A DNA stretch of 64,000 nucleotides from Sporopachydermia quercuum (lineage: Eukaryota), in NCBI GenBank assembly GCA_001599295.1, contig BCGN01000003.1, positions 372,001 through 436,000 on the forward strand, given 5' to 3'. Of the stretch, positions 43,701-54,287 are shown in pieces; the first letter of the stretch is position 1; each line of letters starts with the position of its first letter. The notes beneath the pieces were generated by a model, which saw only the letters and a list, made by a program, of their open reading frames with translations, was not told the DNA's origin and ran no database searches. Position numbers and translations under genes: made by a program.

Positions 43701-44756
43701 GCATCACTACGCCTATTAACTGTATGCGTATCTTTATCCAATAAAGGGATATCAAATGCCATTCCCAACTCATCGAACAGATCAACCTGTTCATCGGGAG
43801 CAAGCTGGGAATACAGGTCATAGTCAAGGGATCTATCTGAAACATGAAAATGGTGGTAATTTTGTTGATAATGTTGGTGCTAAGAGCTCCTTTGCCGTTG
43901 ATATTTATACCGCTGGGTTTGTTGATATTCGGCTCGGAAATCCTTATTTTGTCGAGACCAATTACCAGAAGAATCAAAATCTCGGCGCTCATTCTGACTG
44001 GAATGAGCTCCATCCCATTTTTTGTTGCGATAATCTCTGGATCTATTCCAGGTCCTATTCGGATTCCAGTTCCGATACCAGTGGGAACTACGTCGATCGT
44101 AGTTATTCCGATTCGGACCTTCGGCATATCGTTCTTTCAAAGATTTCGAACGATCCCAAATATTGCTTACACCCGTTAACTTTTCATCATCGTCCAATTT
44201 TTCATAATGCAACTCCGGTCGGACGTAGTAGTTTGTCGAGTACATTGAAGAGCTCCCCCCAAATATCGGCTTTGGTTTTCTTTGNCTTTGGTTTTGCAGA
44301 AATGGGTTCCGCTTCGTCTTCCGAGCCAGACGGAAGCAATACATGAAATTCATCATCATCGTCATCAATTCCGTCATCTAATCGAAATGGAACGCCTTCT
44401 GAAGTACCCGAAGAATTACGTCTTCCTTCTATTGTGCCATTTTTCTTACTATTGTTTTGACTACTATTATTGTTAGGATTCTCAGTCAAATCAATGTATG
44501 TTCCCCTGAGATTTTCTATAGGATTACTTCCAGATGCCGATGTCAAAATATTAGAGGATTCTTCATAAGAAGGTCTAGGTTTTGAATATAAAGCCTCATC
44601 TTCATCATCAGAATCTAACCAACCAGCAGGGATGCCATTGACACTTGCAATTCTTCGTGGTGGAGTAGTTGATTGATTAGGTTTATTGGTATCAANGGAA
44701 GAGCCCGAAAGGTTTGAATTTGTTTGTTCAAAGACTTTAGAGCGCTGTGACGCCAT
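40794..44756 (-). pseudogene. U2 snRNP-associated SURP protein (U2SURP/SR140-like; RRM-SURP-CID) with several reading-frame breaks
   Basis: RRM (LRIVGLPPKFTEANLEQMF...AFVEF), SURP (IHLTIENVLAYGPIFEAILM...LHVYYRWKLF) and CID-like (VMGFAISKC...RLYVLN) segments. Broken by a frameshift near 44200-44280, in-frame TAG 43880-43882, a frameshift near 42145-42190 and in-frame TAA 41115-41117. Confidence 0.7.
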
Positions 44757-45518
44757 TTGGTTTAGCACTATATCATCGTCTCACCATTCGAACACGATTG
44801 AAAGAGAAAGCGTAAGTGATGCGGTTAGATGTTGAACGAAGACTTGAGAGAAAATAGNATACAGCAGTTGCTATGATAAAATCAAATGCACGCGCCGCTA
44901 AAAATACATATAATATAACAGATTAACTACCAAAAACAACCGTAGTTCTCTCAATTGAGCGTTAATTCAGTGTTTCGGTTCTTTCAAAGACCAAGTGATT
45001 ATTGAGTAAAGCACCCCCAATGACGCATGCAATTCTCTGGGCTTGAATTTAGAATTGTCNATCGTCCTGTACTAAGTCGTGTAATTCTCAATAAACATAG
45101 ACTAGTCAGTTAAAAAAAAAGAAGCAGGTTTTATGCTGATCAGCTGTCTATACTTACAATTTTAAGGGTCCATAATAATGAACAGAATANAAGCTTCAGC
45201 AGATGAGAACTACTTATGTTATGGTGATAAAATAACAAACGATTATGTGATCATGTATTATCAGTGTGGCTTTTAAGTTCAATGCACATGATTTCCATAG
45301 TTGGAAGTTAATGTGGCNTTGACCACCACAGAAAGACTGAAGACCACACTTACAGAGAGTAAGTAATATGGGGAATGTGGTTACAAATAGAAATTGAGAT
45401 ATGAAAATAAGCAAAAAGAAAAGAAGCGAAGATATGATAGCAAAGTATACTCATCATAAATATTATTATTGACTATAAGCTTGAATATGATTTTGAGAGC
45501 AATTTTATTACACATTTC

Positions 45519-46222
45519 TTAATTTCGGACAATATTCTGAGCTAAGTTGTCGCCTCCTAATGTTGAAGATTGTTTAAAATCTTCATGAGTGAGAGCACCT
45601 AGTGCATAACACACAGAGATCATTGTAAATAGAATGGCCACAGCTAATAAAGATGTAACTTGGACACTCATTGAAACGTATTGAATAACAGCATTTAGCA
45701 TGTAAAAGCCTGAACGTAACCAATGATGTTGGAAACCTCTAATGAAGTTTTTAAAATCCTCGGTAAAAGGACAGATTTTCAGTAAGAAAGGTACTTCCAC
45801 GAACAACACAACTAGTCCTTGCACACTTGGAGATAACGTTAGTAAANATAAAGCTAAAAAACCAAGAATCATCAACAACAAACTTAGCCCAACTTACATG
45901 CAGATAATAGCAAAGACAATCACTACTGAGAAATGGAAAATATTAGCAATACCTAAGGCAATGCACAGAATAACAGAAACCAATCCAAGCCTATTCAATC
46001 GTTAGCAATGCAACAGTCAACGTAGTTCTCTAAACACTAAATACCAGAACAACATACCATTGCCCATAAAGGCTGGGAAAGTTAGTAACTAAATCTCAAT
46101 TGTTTCTGTTTTAGCGCACAGATCAAATCACATTCTCACCCTTTTGATCCTTGCTCTTTCTTTTCAACATACCTGTAATTCCTATCTCCCAGTTCTTCTT
46201 TAAATGATTCCAAAAATCTCAT
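45519..46222 (-). CDS. TVP18: Golgi membrane protein Tvp18; exons 46222-46173, 46072-46058, 45990-45898, 45825-45519
   Basis: Spliced product RNYSLYGQWLG...CIALGIANIF...QGLVVLFVEVPFLLKICP. Three introns with canonical donors and branch points. Confidence 0.9.
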
Positions 46223-46843
46223 GGCGAAAATCTATTGATCGATCCTAGAAGTTTCAGATTCAAAACTGAAAAAGTTAATCAAAGGTTTGAAACATGCCTT
46301 TTAATATTCCATTATTTTCTTTTATATAANGATAGCGCTCCTTCATCAATAACAACCTTCCTCCTTTGTTATTTATTGATCCTGTACAGCAAGATGACCG
46401 GATCGAANGTCACGCAGGGAGACTTGAAGNGCCCCAACTGAAGTGTCCAAGATGCAAGAATAAATGAATGGAGAGATACNACGAGTACTTTACATTGAAC
46501 AATATTCTCTATTTTTTAATTTANTACGATGAATTACAGATTATATTCTACAGTATTGAGAATAGATTGATAAGAAACAAATATCAAACGATACCAGAGA
46601 ATAATACACAATATTCTTCTATAATCGTCAGATTTCCTATATAAATGATTACATAATCTCATAGGATTCAACTGACATTTTTCTCCGCCAAAAATTCATT
46701 TTTGCTCTAAATAGTGNTTCATCAGACATAAAAATGTGCTTGAAAAGGGTTACTCTAGTCGAATTACTTGGGGTAAGTGAAAGGCATAAAAGTTTCAATG
46801 CATTTCGAAAACTCATATTTTGAGATTAGCGTGTTGCGCCAAA

Positions 46844-47488
46844 ATGGCTGATCTGACGGCACAAGAAATAGACTTGATTCGATCTCAGCACTACTGGAAT
46901 GAACGATATGCAAAAGCTGAGTCAAATGAAACATTTGACTGGCTCTTCACATGGGAGAAGTTGAGTCCCTGGATACAGAAGTATATCCCTGATAANAGTA
47001 AGACGATTTTGATGTTGGGTTGTGGTAATAGTACGCTGAGTGCGGATATGTATGATAATGGATATCAGAACATAGTAAACGTTGACTTCTCAGCTGTATG
47101 TATTGAAGAGATGGCTAAGATGAACTCTGAAAGAACGAAAATGAAATGGGTTGTAGCCGATGTAATGGATATGAAATTTTTGGAAGATGAAAGTATTGAT
47201 NTCGCGCTTGATAAAGCTACTCTTGATGCTTTTCTTAGCTATCGTGGCAGCGTATGGGAACTACCCCCAGAGATCAAAGAAGATTGTGACAAATATATGA
47301 ACGAAGTACACAGAATACTGAAGAAGGATCATCCTTTCTTATGTATATCGTTTAGACAGCCTCATTTTCTTAAACCTGTGTTGGCGAGGCCTGATTACTG
47401 GTCATTTGATTACGGTCCTGTTGATGAAGAAAATGCCAATAAAGGTTTCGTAACATACTATGGGTTTAGGATGATAAAATACAGTTGA
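46844..47488 (+). CDS. Class I SAM-dependent methyltransferase, EEF1AKMT4/METTL13-N-like
   Basis: Motifs YWNERY, ETFDW, ILMLGCGNS, NVDFS, DKATLD and ISFRQPHF. Confidence 0.85.
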   Translation: MADLTAQEIDLIRSQHYWNERYAKAESNETFDWLFTWEKLSPWIQKYIPDXSKTILMLGCGNSTLSADMYDNGYQNIVNVDFSAVCIEEMAKMNSERTKMKWVVADVMDMKFLEDESIDXALDKATLDAFLSYRGSVWELPPEIKEDCDKYMNEVHRILKKDHPFLCISFRQPHFLKPVLARPDYWSFDYGPVDEENANKGFVTYYGFRMIKYS

Positions 47489-48694
47489 AAATTTATGAGA
47501 ATAGATAGGCTCTACTGTCTGAACCAATANTAGACGCAAAATTCATAATAATTATCAAGTATTTCCGGGAACTAATTTCGAGAACCAGTAATTAGTTATA
47601 ATTAGTTCTAATAAATCACCGATCGAGCTTTCATTCATCAAGCGAACGAACATCGAGTCTTCTTCTGATGTGAGAGAACCAGTACCTGCATAAAGATGCT
47701 TCTTTATACTTATTAGCTGCATGAACTTGACTTCAACTGCGCTCAACAGGTATTCGAAGAGTCCTAGCTGATATTATCATCCACAACTCTATCATCAAAC
47801 CCAATGTTATACTATTTTGGCGTGTTCTCGGCCATCTCATGAGTGAGTCCTATCATATTGGCTTCATGTAATGAAGTAATAAAATATTAAAACAACAAAT
47901 TGATCGTCTTACCGTCTTATAGCCCCTATTTTCTAACGAATCTTTTACATGTCGTATACATGTCGTATACTTTCCTTTAATTTAAGCCGAGACTAAAATT
48001 TTGCAAGAGTTCTGCATCTCATTTCCTTTTCATCACGACTGGTTTCCAGAAACCAGATCCATTGACATTCAGCGCATATCAATCCTGTACAGATGAACAA
48101 ATCACCCAACTATTCAAATCAGTCATTTATTTCACTTCGATGATCGCATTATTTACTTTTATTTTCTCCTCGGAGCAATAAGCAACTTATTAGTTGCAGT
48201 CTCAATTACATGTACTGAATTTCTGGTCCATATTGATTGAATCAATTCCTCGGTAAGTGTAGTACTGAGAATGCTCTTGAAATGACAACGGATTAGTGTC
48301 AAATTACCTAGTAAATGTTAGATTACAACTTTTTTTGGCGATCTCACCAGTTGCTACATCTTTTTGCGTACGTAAACTAGTGTTATGGTGTACATTAAAA
48401 TCTTATGCATAACTCATGTACAATCAGTGCAACATTTAAACTTTAAATAACAAAGATTCACTTAATGCACTAATATGCATAAATTAAAGACCTTAATAAT
48501 GCTACATACTCATGCATATAATTGAATTCTTATGTTTANTCTTTTTTTTTAGCCGATATATAAGTTTCTTTTACCTTGTGTATCCGAACAAGCCTCAAAG
48601 TTTTATATGAATTAAGTAGATAATCAGAATANTACGAAACTATCGTAATATATATATAAAACGTAATACAATACAACAAGTCATTTTTAATAGC

Positions 48695-49567
48695 ATGCAT
48701 AGATGTTGAAAACCGATTAGGGCTTAACTAATAAGAAAGAGCTTCAACTAAAAGTTCAATCAAGTTAAGATTAAATCAAAGCTGTTTAAATCAGCTCTAA
48801 GTGTACCTTGTTATTTTACAAAACTCTAGAATAACTCTTCATCTAAATAAGGATAGATGAATCAGATGAAACTCTTTCAGTTTGTTCAATTCTTCGATAT
48901 ACCAGGGCATTCTCACCTCTGGTATTTCACAGTTCTACATATAAATTTTTTGTGGCATTATTCTATCTTTTATTTTTGGAATTCTATTTAAACAAGGGGT
49001 TTCTCTTTTTTTTTTTGATTATTCCTTTTATTCTGCTTATTGTTATTGATACAAATGATGAATACATATATCATCGAATACACTATCAGAGGAACGCACT
49101 AGTAAGTGGTTCACTGTACTGATCTACTAGAACAGGTATTCACTACCGCTTGGTTAAGGGAAACGCACACAAGTGGTTCACTTAACTGTTCAGGAAAGCT
49201 TTGTATTGCGATCATTAGTGTTCAATATCTCGTGCACGCCCTCAATAATTCTGCAGGTATTTATAATTTATGCTATAGAATTCCAAAAATAAAAGATAGA
49301 ATAATGCCACAAAAAATTTATATGTAGAACTGTGAAATACCAGAGGTGAGAATGCCCTGGTATATCGAAGAATTGAACAAACTGAAAGAGTTTCATCTGA
49401 TTCATCTATCCTTATTTAGATGAAGAGTTATTCTAGAGTTTTGTAAAATAACAAGGTACACTTAGAGCTGATTTAAACAGCTTTGATTTAATCTTAACTT
49501 GATTGAACTTTTAGTTGAAGCTCTTTCTTATTAGTTAAGCCCTAATCGGTTTTCAACATCTATGCAT
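48695..49567. repeat. Perfect 293-bp inverted repeat (arms 48695-48987 and 49275-49567), 287-bp spacer
   Basis: The arms read as exact reverse complements from ATGCATAGATGTTG to GGAATTCTAT on manual comparison. Confidence 0.95.
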
Positions 49568-50077
49568 CCTATCAGAATCCGTAGAAATCATCTTTTGTTT
49601 CCCTTGAAACAAATAAATGTGTACAGGGAAAGTAATTCCATAACATGTTGACTTATAATGCTAAATAANGGTGTTTCCGGTCAATTACAGTGTACGTGGC
49701 GTACATATATACCAAGTCTTTTATTGTTTATACATCGCCAGGCAGGACAGCCTTGTGAGCAAAGAATAGGTACTTGATGTGCCCTTTCTTCACACAAACT
49801 TTAAACCAATAGTCTTTTGACATAGTATGAAGTGTATAGTTAGTTTACCCCAGAATCACCTTTTGGCTTTCGTTTCTTTGTCTTGTAGCGTAAATCCGAA
49901 ATATCTCTCGGTTTTAGGGGCACGTGATTAATACCTTTCTCCATAATTTCACTGAAATGTGTAGGTCCACTGAATATTTTCTCAATTACTTATTTTTGTT
50001 ATATTACCCAAAGCCTTTAATTTTAGGAGTTGTGAGACTGATTGAAAACGGTGAAGACTAAGATTAAAAAAATAATC

Positions 50078-50149
50078 ATAACAGGCTAATTTAGCAAAAG
50101 AGTTGAAATCGTAAGCTAAGGTTGGCACCTCGATGTCGACTCAACCTAT
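50078..50149 (+). pseudogene. rnl: NUMT: mitochondrial LSU rRNA (rnl) domain V fragment A
   Basis: ATAACAGGCT...GGCACCTCGATGTCGACTCA is the conserved peptidyl-transferase region of bacterial-type LSU rRNA. Confidence 0.88.
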
Positions 50150-50272
50150 AAAACACTAANTAATATATTGATAATAGAGATTTATAAATAATTAAATTAT
50201 TTAATTCTTTTATTATTATGTACCTCTTCATGATTTTCATTTCTAAATGTTTTATTGATCATAATTAATTTT

Positions 50273-50382
50273 TTCTCAGCCTACAAATAATATTAAATAA
50301 TTATCTCCAGTAACTAATATAATCATAAAGAATGTAAGTATAGCAAAAAATGCAAAGAATCTTTGTTGATGAGGATCTGATC
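50273..50382 (-). pseudogene. nad5: NUMT: mitochondrial nad5 fragment
   Basis: Reads [34 protein letters not shown](TGA=W)E, a conserved ND5 segment in the mitochondrial code. Confidence 0.9.
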
Positions 50383-50508
50383 TATTAATATTAAATGATC
50401 TGGATGTAATGTTAATAATTGTAATAAATTATAAAATTATTAGAATACTGTTAATTATAATACAAGCTAATAATAATCTTATCGTAAAATAAAATAATTA
50501 ACCCCCAA

Positions 50509-50585
50509 GTTAAACTAACTCAATTGGTAGAGTGTTCGTTCGTTCTGTAGTCGAAATGTTTTAGGTTCGAGCCCCAAATTTAACA
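50509..50585 (+). pseudogene. NUMT: degenerate mitochondrial tRNA, probably Thr(UGU)
   Basis: Acceptor GTTAAAc/aTTTAAC, D-arm ACTCAATTGGTAGAGT, T-loop GGTTCGAGCC and TGT at 50546-50548. An extra GTTC disrupts the anticodon stem. Confidence 0.7.
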
Positions 50586-50589
50586 ATAA

Positions 50590-50648
50590 CCTTATAGAGT
50601 CAATAAGAAGGGTTCGGCTGTTCGCCGATTAAAAGATACTGGAGTTGG
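50590..50648 (+). pseudogene. rnl: NUMT: rnl domain V fragment B
   Basis: AAGAAGGGTTCGGCTGTTCGCCGATTAAAAGATACTGGAGTTGG is the A-loop (H92) region that normally follows fragment A directly. Confidence 0.85.
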
Positions 50649-52877
50649 ACCTTCCATACTTTGTGTAAATCAAGCATGTAATCCCAAGGGGTTGGGTCAC
50701 GATTATGGTCTCGTGACTCTTTTTTGGTGAACATTTGGTCCTTTTTGGACTATCTCACGGTGACTGAATGTTGGCCCAACATTCTGTTTCCTCTATGAAC
50801 AGGTTTATCTTTTATTGAGTTGGCTGATTCCTGTTTATGGCATACTAGAAGCATGTTTCTATCACTTTTTCTATGAATTCTGTAGATAAATCCATGATCT
50901 AGGGTATTGGTTCGCTTGTGCTTCTCATCAATTGAGTTGAAAAACATAATATAATCTGTATTCAATTTTAATTTATGTAAGTAGCTATTCAGAAACCATC
51001 TAGATACATTGTTTATGATCAGTTTATCGACCGGTTTTGTTTGCTTACTATAAACTAAAAAATGTATTACTTTTCTTGAAATGAGTGATTAAGTTTAGTA
51101 TTGAATGTAGGATTATGCATCTATTTTCTTTTTGGGAATTATTTATGCACAATTATGCACCGTTATATTTAAGTTTTACTATACAAAAAATGTAAATTAA
51201 GGTTTTACATACATATTAATGCATATTATGTTTATGTACAAGTTATCGGAATGTTGAATTCATCTACGCAAAAAAAAAAGTAGCACTGGTGAGATCGCCC
51301 TTTCTATTGATAAAATAATATCTTTCGTGTTAACTTAATGTATTCTCTCGTAAATGGTATAATAATCAACCTATTGGGTTATGAACCTGTATGCGGTCTG
51401 TATTACTAGTAAGAACGTCCATTGACAACAAGCACTTCACCAATTTCCTAGCTATACATTTTCTCAATTTCAAATTAGAATTTGAGATATTTCCTCATGA
51501 ATTTCAACACCGACCCGATCCATCGAATGACCAGTTCCAACTCAGTTCGTTCGACACTCCCTCCTGGCTGCATTATTTCGCCTACAATGGTTCCCTTAAT
51601 AGAAATCTTACCGACGTATTTTATCCAAAAAGATGCATATAAATGCATGAAAAGTGCAGATATTTCTCCGCATTGCAGTATTCCACAGCACAGCACGTCA
51701 TCTTAAATCGGTTTTATCCGTCACTTGACCTTTGATAACAATTAACATTTGCTCAATACGCGGAACTAGCAACTTTCAGTAACGAATAGCTAAATATGCA
51801 CCGAATAGTTCTAATTATAATCCGGAACTTCGGCCGGAATTCTAAAAGTGTATTCCATGCGATACTCATCGTTGGAACACCCTAGTTTGTCTATAGTACA
51901 CTCTTTTGTCAGCTACAGCTACAATCCCTTTTTGCTTGATTTGCCCAAATAAGCACCAGCCGTACTAGCGAAATGGTGTAATGCTTGCTTATTTTTGTTT
52001 CATCTCAACTCTTTCAACATCCATTTTTCCATCAATGATCATTGATTTCTAGCTATTAAATAAAGACGATCAACTAAATGATACTACCATTATTCCACTC
52101 ATTAGAAATTCTCATTAATGAATATATTCTTTCTAATAATATATGCCTCCTCACTTCTCCTACTCTTTCTCGCTCGATCAACATAGTACCCCTGAGGATT
52201 TCATCCCTTCTGCATGATCATGTATCCCCTCTTTACATGTAATATTTAACTTTGAGATTTAAACTTTAAAAATCTCACATGTACAAACAACTCAAAAGCC
52301 ACCCAAATGGTTTATTTACTACACAAAAGCTGGAGAAAAAAAGCTGGATAATTGAATGAGAACAGCTATCATCAAGAGTGATTTTATTGTCCTCTTTCTT
52401 TATTTACGGTGGTGATTTAAGAAGGATAACTTCTGCTTAGTTGTGTTATGCTTGTTCTATGTATAGGCAGTGAATGACTGATTTGGTTTTAGGTGCTTTG
52501 TTACTGACAACTCCTTGAGATTGGAAATTCAAAGAAAAAGAGAAGTAAATAGTATCATAAGTTTAGTACTCTCTCAAGTTGGGCTTGAAATTTATTGTTT
52601 GGCCTTAACGAGATCCGTTGATTTAGCAGAAACGTCCTGTACTATATGTATTCTATACCAAGGTGGTGGTGATATCTAGGAGATTAGTCGGTTTAGAAGC
52701 TTTTGAAGATTTCTGATAGAAAATTCCGCTACCTTTTTCTACGTTACAGAGAATACGGAGAACTGACAGTAGAAGAAAAGAACGAACAAAAGACAAAAAC
52801 AGAAACAGAAAGGACAACAGGACCTGATTTTAACAACAGAAATCACACCGAAGGCGAATGAGTACAGATAGGTCACA

Positions 52878-54287
52878 ATGGATCCTACCCTAGCAAAAGA
52901 TTATGTCCCTCCGAATGAACGAGAAAGTTCCAGTCATTATGATCTACCAACAACACCTTCATACTTAATCCCAAATATAGATCCCATTCTACCATATGTG
53001 CTGGAGGACCTGAATTCAAACTCAGGCATTGATGCTCCTATACAATCGGATGAATACCGAAATAAACAATATCACCACCATCACCACCACCACCATCATC
53101 ATCATCTCAATAATAGCATCAGTCATAATAAGCAACAAAATGAAGATAAGAAAGTCCATTACAGTTCAATTCCTAGAATTCCTTCAGCCCTTACACCAGC
53201 TTCATCACCATCTAGCTCATCCTCATCTTTGGTAAGCGTCGGGAAAGAAGCTACTGTTGGAGAAATTACTGGTGGAATTTCTGACATTGGGATAGAACCC
53301 AATGCTGAAATCAGCAAGAGTGATTCAAGCACATCAGTAGTTTCTGGTGCAACGAAAAGCTCGCAAATTACCAATACAAATGTTCTGAATGAGGTGTATC
53401 AAGAAACAGTGGTGCAGTCGGACCATAGAATAATCAATGCTGCAGATTTAGAAGAAGTGCCTAACGGAGTCACAAGACAAGCTAAAACAATAGATGGATA
53501 CCAATTTCCCACTCATAGATTATCAACAGTAATGCAAGACTCTTCCAAGCTGCCGTTAGTTATTGTGGCTTGCGGATCTTTCTCTCCTATTACATATTTG
53601 CATTTACGAATGTTTGAGATGGCAATGGATTCTATTCGTGAACAAACCAGATTTGAGGTGATTGGTGGATACTACTCTCCTGTATCTGATCATTATAAGA
53701 AACCAGGACTTGCTCCTGCACATCATCGAGTACGAATGTGTGAACTAGCATGCGAAAGAACTAGTTCGTGGCTTATGGTTGATGCTTGGGAAAGTCTCCA
53801 GACCCAATATATGCGAACAGCACTAGTATTGGATCATTTCAACGAAGAGATCAACATCAAGAGACAAGGTGTTAAGATGTTTGATTCGAAAACAGGGAAG
53901 GTTGTGCAGCGAGGGGTGAAAATAATGCTTCTTGCCGGTGGAGATTTGATTGAGAGTATGGGAGAACCAAATGTGTGGTTGGATGAAGATTTACATCATA
54001 TTCTTGGTAGATATGGTTGTTTGATTGTAGAAAGGACAGGGTCAGATGTTCGAAACTTCTTACTGTCACATGATATAATGTATGAGCATAGAAGAAACGT
54101 TTTGGTTATCAAACAATTGATTTATAATGACATTTCTTCTACAAAAGTAAGGCTGTTTATAAGAAGAGAAATGTCTGTGCAGTATCTTTTACCTAACAGT
54201 GTGATACGGTATATTCAGGAACATAGTTTATATGTTGGTGAAAGTGAGCCCGTTAAACAAGTTCTTGAGGATAAGAAGAAAAACTAA
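52878..54287 (+). CDS. NMA1: Nicotinamide/nicotinate mononucleotide adenylyltransferase
   Basis: LVIVACGSFSPITYLHLRMFE and DISSTKVR motifs; poly-His tract in the N-terminal region. Confidence 0.95.
   Translation: MDPTLAKDYVPPNERESSSHYDLPTTPSYLIPNIDPILPYVLEDLNSNSGIDAPIQSDEYRNKQYHHHHHHHHHHHLNNSISHNKQQNEDKKVHYSSIPRIPSALTPASSPSSSSSSLVSVGKEATVGEITGGISDIGIEPNAEISKSDSSTSVVSGATKSSQITNTNVLNEVYQETVVQSDHRIINAADLEEVPNGVTRQAKTIDGYQFPTHRLSTVMQDSSKLPLVIVACGSFSPITYLHLRMFEMAMDSIREQTRFEVIGGYYSPVSDHYKKPGLAPAHHRVRMCELACERTSSWLMVDAWESLQTQYMRTALVLDHFNEEINIKRQGVKMFDSKTGKVVQRGVKIMLLAGGDLIESMGEPNVWLDEDLHHILGRYGCLIVERTGSDVRNFLLSHDIMYEHRRNVLVIKQLIYNDISSTKVRLFIRREMSVQYLLPNSVIRYIQEHSLYVGESEPVKQVLEDKKKN

Larger units (their letters stand above)
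48337..51299. mobile_element. ~2.96 kb segment bounded by degenerate inverted repeats (possible non-autonomous element or centromeric IR)
   Basis: GGCGATCTCACCAGTTGCTACATCTTTTTGCGTA at 48337 is the reverse complement, with few differences, of TACGCAAAAAAAAAAGTAGCACTGGTGAGATCGCC ending at 51299. Weaker inverted similarity continues ~150 bp inward. No transposase and no clear TSD. Confidence 0.5.

Noticed and set aside
41115..43882. Stop-codon reassignment as the explanation for in-frame TAA/TAG
   Set aside because: Other genes in the window end normally with TAA, TAG and TGA, and frameshifts also interrupt this gene.
49275..49440. IR arm as a coding relic (RIPKIKDRIMPQ resembling an RT motif; FIYPYLDEELF resembling a fungal TF domain)
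   Set aside because: Matches are too short and the frames I translated are full of stops; needs TBLASTX.
49885..49930. Point centromere (CDEI-like CACGTGAT near TCCGAAA)
   Set aside because: Order and spacing are wrong and no AT-rich CDEII lies between the motifs.
50509..50585. Functional nuclear tRNA gene
   Set aside because: Embedded among mitochondrial fragments, with stem mismatches, a 4-bp duplication and no Pol III T-run terminator.
53547..54070. Alternative CUG decoding (Ser/Ala)
   Set aside because: CTG falls at conserved Leu positions in NMA1 (KLPL, FLLSHD).
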